Shown: positions 1 through 7,907 of the stretch, piece by piece | Numbering within the stretch: position 1 is the stretch's first letter | Layout: each line of letters starts with the position of its first letter | NCBI GenBank assembly: GCA_037446035.1 | Contig: JBBIJJ010000021.1 | Span: forward strand, 5,954 to 29,953 | Direction: 5' to 3' | Source: Burkholderiales bacterium | Lineage (GTDB): Bacteria; Pseudomonadota; Gammaproteobacteria; Burkholderiales; Burkholderiaceae_F | DNA: 24,000 nucleotides | The notes under the pieces: model-generated | Told to the model about the DNA's origin: nothing | Databases searched by the model: none | Seen by the model: the letters and a program-made list of their open reading frames with translations, nothing else | Position numbers and translations under genes: made by a program

Positions 1-144
1 CCGCAGTCCAGCCTGCGCCCGGCTTGGCATCCCCCTTGTTGCCGGACATCGAGGATATTTCCGTCTCCGTTCGGCCCGGATTTTCGTCGGCGGTCGGCCC
101 GCAGGCAACGTGAATTTCGGACTGTGGGCGCGCGTGCCCGGTGC

Positions 145-855
145 TCACGCGCCAGGCGCCGGCGCGCCGTAGCTGCCGAACTTTTCCAGCACGCGCGCCA
201 TTTCTTCGTCCGACAGCCGCGGCGGCTCGCCCAACACGCGCGCCTGCAGGTAGATGCGCGCGAGATGTTCGACTTCGATCGCGAGCGCCAGCGCCGCGGC
301 GAGCGTCGCGCCGCAGGCGATGACGCCGTGATGCGCGAGCAGGCAGGCCTTGCGGCCGGCGAGTGCGACCAGCGCATTGTCCGACAGCGCCTGCGTGCCG
401 AAGGTGGCGTATTCGGCACAGCGGATGTCGTGGCCGCCGGCCATCGCCACCATGTAGTGGAACGCCGGCAGCCCCAGACCGTGGCAGGCGAGCGCGGTCG
501 CCGCCGGCGAATGCGTGTGAACGATCGCGGAAAGTTCCGGCCGCTCGCGCAGGATGTCGACGTGGAAGCGCCACTCGCTGCTGGGCGCGCGTCGGCCGAC
601 GGCGCCCGCCGGCGCAGCTTCTGCGGTGCGCGCGGCCGCAAGCGGCAGGAAGACGAGGTCTGCCGGCTCGAGCGCGTCGTACGGGATCCCGGTCGGCGTG
701 ACCAGCAGCCCCGTACGCGCACCGCGCATGCAGCGCACCGACACGTTGCCGGCCTTGTTGACGTTGATGCCGACCGCGTTCATCCGGCGTGCCACCGCGA
801 TGAGTTCCGCGCGTAGTCCGGGTCCGTCTTCGGCGATGTCGTTGGGCGCGGTCAT
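145..855 (-). CDS. class II aldolase/adducin-family protein, FucA/Ald2-like (candidate 5-methylthio-/5-deoxy-ribulose-1-phosphate aldolase)
   Basis: Lies in ORF 145..903. Motifs GNVSVR, TPTG, PSSEWRFH, HTHSP, FHYMVAMAGG, YATFGT, AHHG and the C-terminal SDEE..VLEKFGSYG resemble E. coli FucA as I recall it. Start moved to ATG 855 (MTAPND...), which gives FucA-like spacing before GNVSVR. Sits directly downstream of mtnA on the same strand. Confidence 0.85.
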   Translation of the reverse strand: MTAPNDIAEDGPGLRAELIAVARRMNAVGINVNKAGNVSVRCMRGARTGLLVTPTGIPYDALEPADLVFLPLAAARTAEAAPAGAVGRRAPSSEWRFHVDILRERPELSAIVHTHSPAATALACHGLGLPAFHYMVAMAGGHDIRCAEYATFGTQALSDNALVALAGRKACLLAHHGVIACGATLAAALALAIEVEHLARIYLQARVLGEPPRLSDEEMARVLEKFGSYGAPAPGA

Positions 856-949
856 CCGTTCTCGGCGGGCCGTCGCGCGCCGTCGGCGCGCGGCCCGCGG
901 CACCGGGCCGCTGCCGGCCGAAGCGCAACGGAAGTGGGGTTAAGGGTGC

Positions 950-2035
950 TCACGCCGCCGCGCGCAGATCTGGAAACAGCGCCGCCAGCTCGCGCGGCGC
1001 GGCGATGCCTCGTTCGGTGATGATCGCGCTGACCAGTTGCGCGGGCGTGACATCGAACGCAGGATTGCTCACCGGGACCGACGCGGCGGCGATGCGCACG
1101 CGCGTCGCTTCGCCCGCGTCGGTGAGGCCCGCGAGCACCCGCAGCTCGTCGCCGTCGCGCTCCTCGATCGGGATCTCGGCGAGCGCGTCGCGCACGCGCC
1201 AGTCGATCGTCGGCGAAGGCACCGCCGCGTAGAACGGCACGCCGTTATCGTGCGCGGCCAGCGCCTTCAGGTACGTGCCGATCTTGTTGCAGACGTCGCC
1301 CGCCGCGGTCACGCGGTCGGCGCCGACCAGCACCAGATCGACGTGCCCGCGCTGCATCAGATGGCCGCCGGCATTGTCGGCGACCAGCGTGTACGGCACG
1401 CCGTGCGCGGCGAGCTCCCACGCGGTCAGCAGCCCCTGGTTGCGCGGCCGGGTTTCGTCGACCCACACGTGCAGCGGCACGCCCGCATCGTGCGCCTGGT
1501 AGATCGCCGACAGCGCGGTGCCGTAGTCGACGGTCGCGATCCAGCCCGCGTTGCAGTGGGTCAGGATCTCGACGGTGCGTCCGGCGCGTGCGTGTGCGGC
1601 GGCGATCAGCCGCGCGCCGTGCGCGCCCAGCGCGCGATTAATTTCGACGTCCTCGTCGGCGATGCGCGCGGCCTCGCGCCACGCCACGTCCGCTCGCTCG
1701 CCGCGCGCGGTGCGCGCGAGCAGCCGCTGCATGCGATCGAGCGCCCAGCGCAGGTTGACCGCGGTCGGGCGCGCGGCGGCAAGCGTGGCGACCGCGCGCG
1801 CGAGATTCGCTTCGTCCGCGTCCTCGTTCATCGCCAGCGCCAGGCCAAATGCACCCGCCACGCCGATCAGCGGCGCGCCGCGCAGCTTCATCGTGCGGAT
1901 CGCGTCGACGACCGCCGCGGTGGACGCCAGCTCGAGCGTGGCGAACGCGTACGGCAGCCGCGTCTGGTCGACGATGCCGACGGCGCGCGTGTCGATCGGC
2001 CAGAGCGAGCGGTAATGGGTGCCTTCGACCTTCAT
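950..2035 (-). CDS. mtnA: S-methyl-5-thioribose-1-phosphate isomerase (eIF-2B alpha/beta/delta-like family)
   Basis: Lies in ORF 950..2077. Typical MtnA N-terminus (YRSLWPID..IVDQTRLPY), plus LRGAPLIGV, RPTAVNLRWALDRM, THCNAGWIATVDYGTAL, VGADRV..GDVCNKIGTY and FDVTP. Start placed at ATG 2035 (MKVEG). Confidence 0.9.
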   Translation of the reverse strand: MKVEGTHYRSLWPIDTRAVGIVDQTRLPYAFATLELASTAAVVDAIRTMKLRGAPLIGVAGAFGLALAMNEDADEANLARAVATLAAARPTAVNLRWALDRMQRLLARTARGERADVAWREAARIADEDVEINRALGAHGARLIAAAHARAGRTVEILTHCNAGWIATVDYGTALSAIYQAHDAGVPLHVWVDETRPRNQGLLTAWELAAHGVPYTLVADNAGGHLMQRGHVDLVLVGADRVTAAGDVCNKIGTYLKALAAHDNGVPFYAAVPSPTIDWRVRDALAEIPIEERDGDELRVLAGLTDAGEATRVRIAAASVPVSNPAFDVTPAQLVSAIITERGIAAPRELAALFPDLRAAA

Positions 2036-2078
2036 GCCGTCGATTATGCGGCCGCCGCGATCTCCGCGCACCGGCAAG

Positions 2079-2104
2079 AAAAAACCGCGCCCGAGGCCGC
2101 GGTT
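2079..2104 (-). terminator. candidate Rho-independent terminator after OMP1
   Basis: Just after the OMP1 stop the minus strand reads AACCGCGGCCTCGGGCGCGGTTTTTTCTT. This is a GC-rich stem (ACCGCG/CGCGGT) followed by a T6 run. Confidence 0.55.
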
Positions 2105-2126
2105 GCCCGACCGATCGCGGAACCGG

Positions 2127-2741
2127 TCAGAAGCGATAGATCACGCCGACCGGAAGCAGGTCGACGTCGTCCTTGCACTCGTCCACGCCGTCGCTGTATT
2201 TGATGCGGAAACGCTCCCACTCGGCGCGCACGCCGAAGTTCTTGGTGAAGTTGTAGCCGGCACCGATGCCGTAGAACACGTCGGTATGACGGGTCGACGT
2301 GCTGTCGGTGACGCCCAGGACCGAGACGGTGAATTCGGTCTTCAGGTTGGCCAGGCCAAGCTTGCCGAACACCGAACCGTTGCCGATCGGCACTGCGGCA
2401 ATGCCGGCGGGGAACAGTCCGGACGACTTCAGCTCGCCGCTGCCGGTGATCACGATCGAGGAAATCGCTTCGACCGGTGGCGGCGGGATGACGTCGAGCG
2501 TGGCCGTGACCTTGCCAAGGTCGACCCAGCCGCCTTCCACCCCGAGGTAGGGCGTGAACATGTAGCCGCCAAAGAGCTTGTAACCCGTGTCCTTCGTGTC
2601 GCACGTCGTCAGACCCGTGCAGTCGACATCGAAGTCGCTCTGACCGATCGACGCGCCGACTTACCCCTGCGCGACCGCCGCGCTCGACAACGCCGTGGCG
2701 GCGGCGACGAGCGAACCTGCCAATACACGTTGCAGTTTCAT
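2127..2741 (-). pseudogene. small outer-membrane beta-barrel protein (OmpW/OmpA-barrel-like), interrupted by an in-frame TAA after the signal peptide
   Basis: ATG 2741 encodes the signal peptide MKLQRVLAGSLVAAATALSSAAVAQG, followed by TAA at 2661..2663. The same frame continues VGASIGQSDFDVDC...GYKLFGGYMFTPYLGVE... into track ORF 2127..2561, which ends in the OMP-type ...VGVIYRF. Paralogous in architecture to the OMP at 3771..4403. Confidence 0.75.
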
Positions 2742-2982
2742 ACAACCCCCAGCTTCTGTTGCTGCGATCCATCCTTTCGCTCGATGGACATCATCCCTGT
2801 CCTCCGGCGGGAAGTTCCCACATTGCCTGTGGTCAAGCGTCGGCGGGCTTGTTGCCGAAAGAACACGACGAGGGGCTCTAAGAAGGGGAGGCTGGTGAGC
2901 TGCGCGCCGCGGCCCACCGCCTGCGCCGCGCGCTTAACCGTGACGCGCGGCGATGAACGCGGTCGATCAGGCCGCGACCAGG

Positions 2983-3176
2983 CTACAGGCGCGCACCGCG
3001 GCCGAGGCTGCGCCGCTTTTCGAAGATCGCCTGACAGCTCGCGCAGCGCTCGGCGGCCGGATTGGCGGTCAGACGCGCGAAGCCGATCGGCTCGCCGCAG
3101 TTGGCGCATTCGCCATAGATACCCGCAGCGACGCGTGCGAGCGCGGCATCGACCTGCGCCAGCTCGTCGGCCGTGC
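2983..3176 (-). pseudogene. 3' fragment of a DksA/TraR C4 zinc-finger gene (duplicate of 4510..4685)
   Basis: Encodes ADELAQVDAALARVAAGIYGECANCGEPIGFARLTANPAAERCASCQ..., matching the C-terminal half of the full gene at 4510..4902. It lacks the N-terminal half, and the upstream sequence switches to mtnA-derived DNA at 3177. Confidence 0.8.
3041..3176. repeat. direct repeat copy A (dksA 3' core)
   Basis: Hand alignment with 4550..4685 at a constant offset of 1509 nt gives 136 nt with 3 mismatches (3050, 3052, 3102). Confidence 0.85.
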
Positions 3177-3586
3177 ACGCCCAGCGCGCGGTTGATGGCG
3201 ACGTCCTCTTACGCGATGCGCGCGGCCTCGTCCCAGGCGGCCGCGCGCTCGGCGGGCGCGACGGCGGCGAGCCGCGCACGCATCCGATCCAGCGCCCACC
3301 GCAGGTTCACCGCCGTGGGGCGCGCGGCCAGCAACCGCCCGTACGCCCGTGCCAGCGACGCGTCGCCAGCGTTTTCCCGCAGCGCCAGCGCCAGGCCGTA
3401 CGCGGCCGCCACGCCGATCAGCGGCGCGCCGCGCAGGCGCATCGCCCGGATCGCCTCCACGACGGCGTCGCAGGACGCCAGTTCGAGACTCGCAAACTCA
3501 TACGGCAGTCGGGTCTGATCGACGATCCCGATGCGGTCCTCGCCGATGGGCCGGATCGAACGGAAGTGCTGCGCCCCAACTCTTAT
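3177..3586 (-). pseudogene. 5' fragment of an mtnA paralog (about the first 137 codons)
   Basis: The C-terminal part of track ORF 3209..4009 reads ...HFRSIRPIGEDRIGIVDQTRLPYEFASLELAS..LRGAPLIGV..RPTAVNLRWALDRM..EAARIA, collinear with the MtnA N-terminus. The start position is ATA (3584..3586) instead of ATG, there is an in-frame TAA at 3209..3211, and the fragment is truncated at 3177. Confidence 0.85.
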
Positions 3587-3770
3587 GCGGCCGATTCTAC
3601 GGACGCGCGCGGCGGGTCCCTTTAAGCGCGCGCCTCGGCGCCTGGGTCGAACGCAAACCCGAGGCGGTCTCGCCCTTGCGATTGGTCGAGCGCCCGTCGG
3701 GGCGGCGGGTCGACGACCCGCTACGGCCAATCGCGCTCGGGTGCGGGACGGCAGCAACGGGACGCTTCGG

Positions 3771-4403
3771 TCAGAACCGCCAAGCGACGCCGACCGAATA
3801 CAGGTCGGCTTCGAATTTTTCGCCGAGCGTGGTGCGGGCGCGCGCGCGGTCCCAATCGAGCCGCACCACGAGGCCGCGCCAGACGTTGACGGCCATGCCG
3901 GCGCCGAAGATCGGCTCGCCGCGGCTTTTCTCTCCGCGTAGGCTCTGGCCTGTGCTCGGCAGGTAATCGTTGCGCGTCGCCGTCGAGGCCGCATAGCCCG
4001 CGCGCGCATTGAACATCACCGGGCCGAGCTGCGCGGCGCCGACCGCCGACAACCCGTAGCCATCGACGCGAAGCGTCTGCTCGAGAATCGTGCCGCCCCC
4101 GAGGTCGAACTTGATGCGCGCTTCGCCCATCGAGTAAGCGACGGCCTCGATGCCGAAGAAAGGCCAGATCATGTAGCCGGCGGTCAGCTTCCAGCCGACG
4201 GGATCGGCGCGGCAGTCGAGCAGCCCGGGGATGCCGCAGAGGTCTCTTGAGACGCCGGCCGGCGGGTTGCGCCAGGTGTAGTCGGATTGCCCGACGTTGA
4301 GCCCGAAGTAGGCGTTCTTCAGCGGGTCGGCGCGCTCGTCCAAAATCTGTGCCGAAGCGGTGCCGGACGCAAGCACAACCACGAGCAGCGCCAATGAGCG
4401 CAT
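3771..4403 (-). CDS. small outer-membrane beta-barrel protein (OmpW/OmpA-barrel-like)
   Basis: 210-aa ORF with signal peptide MRSLALLVVVLASGTASA. It has alternating beta-strand patterns, a Cys pair in the first loop, and a C-terminal ...VGVAWRF (aromatic terminal residue typical of OMPs). A strong SD (GAGGAGAGGGAG) lies upstream. Confidence 0.8.
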   Translation of the reverse strand: MRSLALLVVVLASGTASAQILDERADPLKNAYFGLNVGQSDYTWRNPPAGVSRDLCGIPGLLDCRADPVGWKLTAGYMIWPFFGIEAVAYSMGEARIKFDLGGGTILEQTLRVDGYGLSAVGAAQLGPVMFNARAGYAASTATRNDYLPSTGQSLRGEKSRGEPIFGAGMAVNVWRGLVVRLDWDRARARTTLGEKFEADLYSVGVAWRF

Positions 4404-4509
4404 CGCTCCCTCTCCTCGCTATCGTGACCCGTCACGGCCCGCGCGCGGGGCGCCGCGGCCACCGGGATTCCGAAGTCAATCAATCCGGCGGAGTCTAAAC
4501 AACTCCGCG

Positions 4510-4902
4510 TCAACGCGCGAGCCGCTTCTCGTAGCGGCTCTGGCACGGCGCGCAGCGCACCGCGGCCGGATTGGCGGTCAGACGCGCGAAGCCGATCGGC
4601 TCGCCGCAGTCGGCGCATTCGCCATAGATACCCGCAGCGACGCGTGCGAGCGCGGCATCGACCTGCGCCAGCTCGTCGGCCGTGCGCGACAGATGCGCGA
4701 CGTCGGCGTGGCGCGCCGCTTCGGCCGCGCCGTCGTCGTCGGTTTCCTCGGCGCGGCGCGGCAGCCCGGCTTCGTCGTGCCGGTCGGGTCCATGGCCATG
4801 AAGCCGCGCGTCGACCGCAGCCGCGAGTTCGGCTCTGCGCTCGCGCAGACGCGCGTGCAGTTGGGCGACTTCCTGAGGGTTCAGTGGCTTGGCTTCGTCC
4901 AT
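4510..4902 (-). CDS. DksA/TraR-family C4-type zinc-finger protein
   Basis: Lies in ORF 4510..4920. Contains a CxxC-x17-CxxC zinc ribbon (CADCGEPIGFARLTANPAAVRCAPC) preceded by helical and acidic regions. ATG 4902 is preferred over GTG 4920 because AAGGA lies 7 nt upstream of it. Confidence 0.85.
   Translation of the reverse strand: MDEAKPLNPQEVAQLHARLRERRAELAAAVDARLHGHGPDRHDEAGLPRRAEETDDDGAAEAARHADVAHLSRTADELAQVDAALARVAAGIYGECADCGEPIGFARLTANPAAVRCAPCQSRYEKRLAR
4550..4685. repeat. direct repeat copy B (inside the intact dksA-like gene)
   Basis: Partner of 3041..3176. Similarity drops sharply on both sides of the core. Confidence 0.85.
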
Positions 4903-4952
4903 CGCGCGATCCTTGTCCACAGCCGAGGTTACGCACCGGCGCGGCGGCGCCG

Positions 4953-4966
4953 TTGATTCGCATCAA
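4953..4966. promoter_or_regulatory. perfect FNR/Anr-type box TTGAT-N4-ATCAA
   Basis: Sequence TTGATTCGCATCAA, with both half-sites matching the FNR consensus. A minus-strand -10-like TAACCT (4931..4926) places the box centre at about -40.5 from a predicted TSS near 4919, upstream of the dksA-like gene. Confidence 0.5.
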
Positions 4967-5123
4967 TGTCACGGACAGCGTCACACGGCAGTCAATTCTT
5001 GCACGATAATGCTGCAACGCGACATCCGGCGATCGGCCGGTTCCGGCGCCGCGGGCCGTTCACGAAGCGGGCGGCGCGCCGGGTCGCACACGCGGCTCAC
5101 CCGCAGTCGGCTCGAAAGGAATC

Positions 5124-7898
5124 ATGTTCACTTCCCACTACCTGCGCAAGGCGCTGGTACCCCAATCGGTCGCCGTGGTCGGGGCCACCCAGAAGCCGGA
5201 CGGACTCGGCAGGTACGTCTTCGACAACATCGTCGCGGCGGGCTTCAAGGGCGAGGTCTATCCGGTCAACCCGAAGTACAAGAAGATCGGCGAACACGTC
5301 TGCTATCCGTCGCTCGCCGCGCTTCCGCAGGCGCCGGAACTCGCGGTGATCGTCACGCCGGCGCGCACGGTGCCGGCGCTGATCGACGACGCCGGCAAGC
5401 GCGGCATCCGCGCGGTGCTCGTGCTGTCCGCGGGTTTCGCCGAGATCGGCGAAGAGGGACGCCGGCTGCAGGCGCAAGCGCTCGCGCGCGCGCGAGCGCT
5501 CGGCATTCGCATGCTGGGTCCCAACTGCCTGGGCATCATGCGACCGGAAATCGGACTGAACGCGACCTTCGCGCGCACCGGTGCGCGCCCCGGGTCTGTC
5601 GCGCTGGTGTCGCAGTCGGGCGCGGTGGTCGCCGCGCTGCTCGACTATGCGTGGAACGCCGGCTTCGGGTTCTCGTCGGTCGTGTCGACCGGCGCGGGCT
5701 CGGACGTCGAGTTCTCCGAGATCCTGGACTTCCTCGCGCTCGATCCGGCCACGCGCAGCATCGTGCTGTACGTCGAGGGGGTTCACGACGCGCGCGCGTT
5801 CATGTCGAGCGTGCGCGCGGCGGCGAGCGCGAAGCCTGTCATCGTGCTGAAGGTGGGCCGCCATCTGACCGGCATGAAGGCGGCGATGAGCCACACCGGC
5901 GCGCTGGTCGGCAACGACGAAGTGTTCGGCATGGCGCTCAAGCGCGTCGGTGCGATCCGCGTGCGCGCCTACAACCAGATGTTCGCGGCGGCCGAGGCGC
6001 TCGCCTCGGGGCGACTGCCGCGCCCGAATCCCGGCAACCGGCTCGCCATCGTCACCAACGGCGGCGGGCCGGGCGTTCTGGCCGCGGACGCCGCGGCCGA
6101 TGCGGGCGTGGCGCTGGCGAAGATCTCGCCGCAGGCCATGGAGCGGCTCGACGCGGTGCTGCCGCCGACCTGGTCGCACGGCAATCCGGTCGACATCATC
6201 GGCGACGCCGACGCGCAGCGGTTCGCGCAGGCGATGCAGATCCTGGTCGAGGACAGGAGCAACGACGGCGTGCTGATGCTGTTCTGCCCGACGATCAAGC
6301 TCGCCTCGGAAGAGGCCGCGCGCGCGGTGCTGCCGGTGATGGAAGCGACGGACAAACCGGTCGTCACGGTTTGGCTGGGCGAAGCCGACGCGGCGCGCGG
6401 TCGCGCGGTGCTCAAGGCGGCGGGACTGCCCGCGCTGACCAGCCCGGAGCGCGGCGTCGAGTCGTTTTCGTACCTCGCGCAGTTCGTCCGCAACCGCGAG
6501 CTGCGGCTGCAGATCCCGCCGCCGCGGGTCGACGAATTCGCGCTCGACCTGCCGGCGGCGCGCCGCATCGTCGAGCGCGCACTGCTGGCCGGCCGTGCGC
6601 TGCTGGACGAGCAGGAGGCGAAGGCGCTGCTCGGCGCCTTCGGCATCGACACCGCGCGCGGCATGCTGGCCACGTCGGCCGACGAGGCCGCGCGTGTGGC
6701 CGACCAGATCGGCTATCCGGTCGTGCTGAAGGTCGTCGCCGCCGGCATCACGCACAAGAGCGAAGTCGGCGGCGTGCTGCTGTCGCTGCAGTCGGGCGCG
6801 GACGTGATGCACGGTTTCGAGACGATCCGCGCACGCGTGGCCGAGCGCGCGCCGCACGCGAAGTTCGTCGGCGTGCTGGTGCAGCAGATGATCCGCCGTC
6901 CGCACGGCCGCGAGCTGATCGTTGGGATCGCGCGCGACGCCACCTTCGGCCCGGTGATCACCTTCGGCATGGGCGGCATCGCCGTCGAGGTGCTGCGCGA
7001 CTCGGCCGTGGCGCTGCCGCCGTTGAACCGCTTTCTCGCCCACGAGATGGTGGCGCGCACGCGCGTGGCCAAGATGCTCGACAGCTTTCGCGGGCTGCCC
7101 GGGGTGGACCTCGACGCGCTGCTGGACGTGCTGCTGAAGGTTTCCGACCTCGCCTGCGAGATCCCCTGCATCCACGAGCTGGACATCAATCCGCTGCTCG
7201 CCGACGAGTTGGGGGTGGTCGCGCTCGATGCGCGCGTCGTGCTCGGCGACGGTCCGCTCGCGCCGGACGCGACCTACTCGCATCTGGCGATCCATCCGTA
7301 CCCGAAGAACCTCGCGCGCGCCACGCGGCTGAAGACCGGCGAGACGGTCCTGCTGCGGCCGATCCGTCCCGAGGACGCGCAGGCCGAGAAGCGTCTGATC
7401 GGCCGGCTGTCGCGCAAGACCATGTACATGCGCTTTCACGCGCCGCTGCGCGAACTCACCGCCGAGCGGCTCGCGCGCTTCACCAACATCGACTACGACC
7501 GCGAAATGGCGTTCGTCGCGATCGATGCGAACGCCGATTCGCCCGGCGGCGAAGGCGAGATTCGCGGGGTGGCGCGCTACACGCGCAACCCCGACGGGTC
7601 GACGGCCGAGTTCGGCATCGTCGTCGAGGATGCGTGGCAAGGGCGCGGGCTCGGTCACGCGCTGATGGATGCGATCGAGACCTGCGCGCGCGAGCGCGGG
7701 CTGACCGAGATGATCGGTCACGTGCTGCTCGAAAACGAGGAGATGGCCAAGCTGATGCGAGCGCGCATGTACGACGCGCGCCGCGACGAGGAAGACCCCG
7801 GCGTGATGCGCTTCAGCAAGCGGCTGCAGCCGGTGGCCGCGCCGCCCGCGCTCGGTTCGGTGGCCGTGCGCGGCGAGACGGCCGCGACCGTGCCGTAG
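5124..7898 (+). CDS. Pat/Pka-type bifunctional protein: ADP-forming acyl-CoA synthetase-like domains (CoA-binding, succinyl-CoA-ligase-like, ATP-grasp) plus a C-terminal GNAT acetyltransferase
   Basis: 924-aa ORF. N-terminal CoA-binding signature SVAVVGAT..YPVNP, an ATP-grasp region (GYPVVLKV...SEVGGV), and a C-terminal GNAT motif (VEDAWQGRGLGHALMD). AAGGA SD 5 nt upstream of the ATG. Confidence 0.9.
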   Translation: MFTSHYLRKALVPQSVAVVGATQKPDGLGRYVFDNIVAAGFKGEVYPVNPKYKKIGEHVCYPSLAALPQAPELAVIVTPARTVPALIDDAGKRGIRAVLVLSAGFAEIGEEGRRLQAQALARARALGIRMLGPNCLGIMRPEIGLNATFARTGARPGSVALVSQSGAVVAALLDYAWNAGFGFSSVVSTGAGSDVEFSEILDFLALDPATRSIVLYVEGVHDARAFMSSVRAAASAKPVIVLKVGRHLTGMKAAMSHTGALVGNDEVFGMALKRVGAIRVRAYNQMFAAAEALASGRLPRPNPGNRLAIVTNGGGPGVLAADAAADAGVALAKISPQAMERLDAVLPPTWSHGNPVDIIGDADAQRFAQAMQILVEDRSNDGVLMLFCPTIKLASEEAARAVLPVMEATDKPVVTVWLGEADAARGRAVLKAAGLPALTSPERGVESFSYLAQFVRNRELRLQIPPPRVDEFALDLPAARRIVERALLAGRALLDEQEAKALLGAFGIDTARGMLATSADEAARVADQIGYPVVLKVVAAGITHKSEVGGVLLSLQSGADVMHGFETIRARVAERAPHAKFVGVLVQQMIRRPHGRELIVGIARDATFGPVITFGMGGIAVEVLRDSAVALPPLNRFLAHEMVARTRVAKMLDSFRGLPGVDLDALLDVLLKVSDLACEIPCIHELDINPLLADELGVVALDARVVLGDGPLAPDATYSHLAIHPYPKNLARATRLKTGETVLLRPIRPEDAQAEKRLIGRLSRKTMYMRFHAPLRELTAERLARFTNIDYDREMAFVAIDANADSPGGEGEIRGVARYTRNPDGSTAEFGIVVEDAWQGRGLGHALMDAIETCARERGLTEMIGHVLLENEEMAKLMRARMYDARRDEEDPGVMRFSKRLQPVAAPPALGSVAVRGETAATVP

Positions 7899-7907
7899 AG
7901 CTGCGCC

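Noticed and set aside
1-49. Possible start of a minus-strand gene (ATG at 49, MSGNKGDAKPGAGW...) leaving the window.
   Set aside because: Only 16 codons are visible, the nearest GGAG is about 15 nt upstream (poor spacing), and no recognisable motif is present. This is insufficient evidence to call a CDS.
2661-2663. Programmed recoding or read-through of the TAA in OMP1 (and of the TAA at 3209..3211).
   Set aside because: TAA is not a known recoding codon (unlike TGA/Sec or TAG/Pyl), and I see no downstream recoding structure. A simple nonsense mutation or base-call error is more parsimonious.
3209-4009. The 266-aa minus-strand ORF considered as an intact gene.
   Set aside because: Only its last ~125 codons are mtnA-like. 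The N-terminal part runs antisense or out of frame across the OMP2 gene. The mtnA-equivalent start codon is ATA, so it is better explained as a pseudogene fragment.
4424-4435. Short palindromes GTGAC-cc-GTCAC upstream of OMP2 and GGGAAgTTCCC at 2809..2819 considered as regulator sites.
   Set aside because: The arms are only 5 bp, and such matches are expected by chance several times in 24 kb. No second copy or positional logic supports them.
5005-5010. GATAAT hexamer upstream of pat considered as its -10 element.
   Set aside because: No acceptable -35 lies at 16-19 nt (best is GTCACA/TCACAC) and there is no TG extension. It is plausible but unsupported, so it is not listed as a feature.
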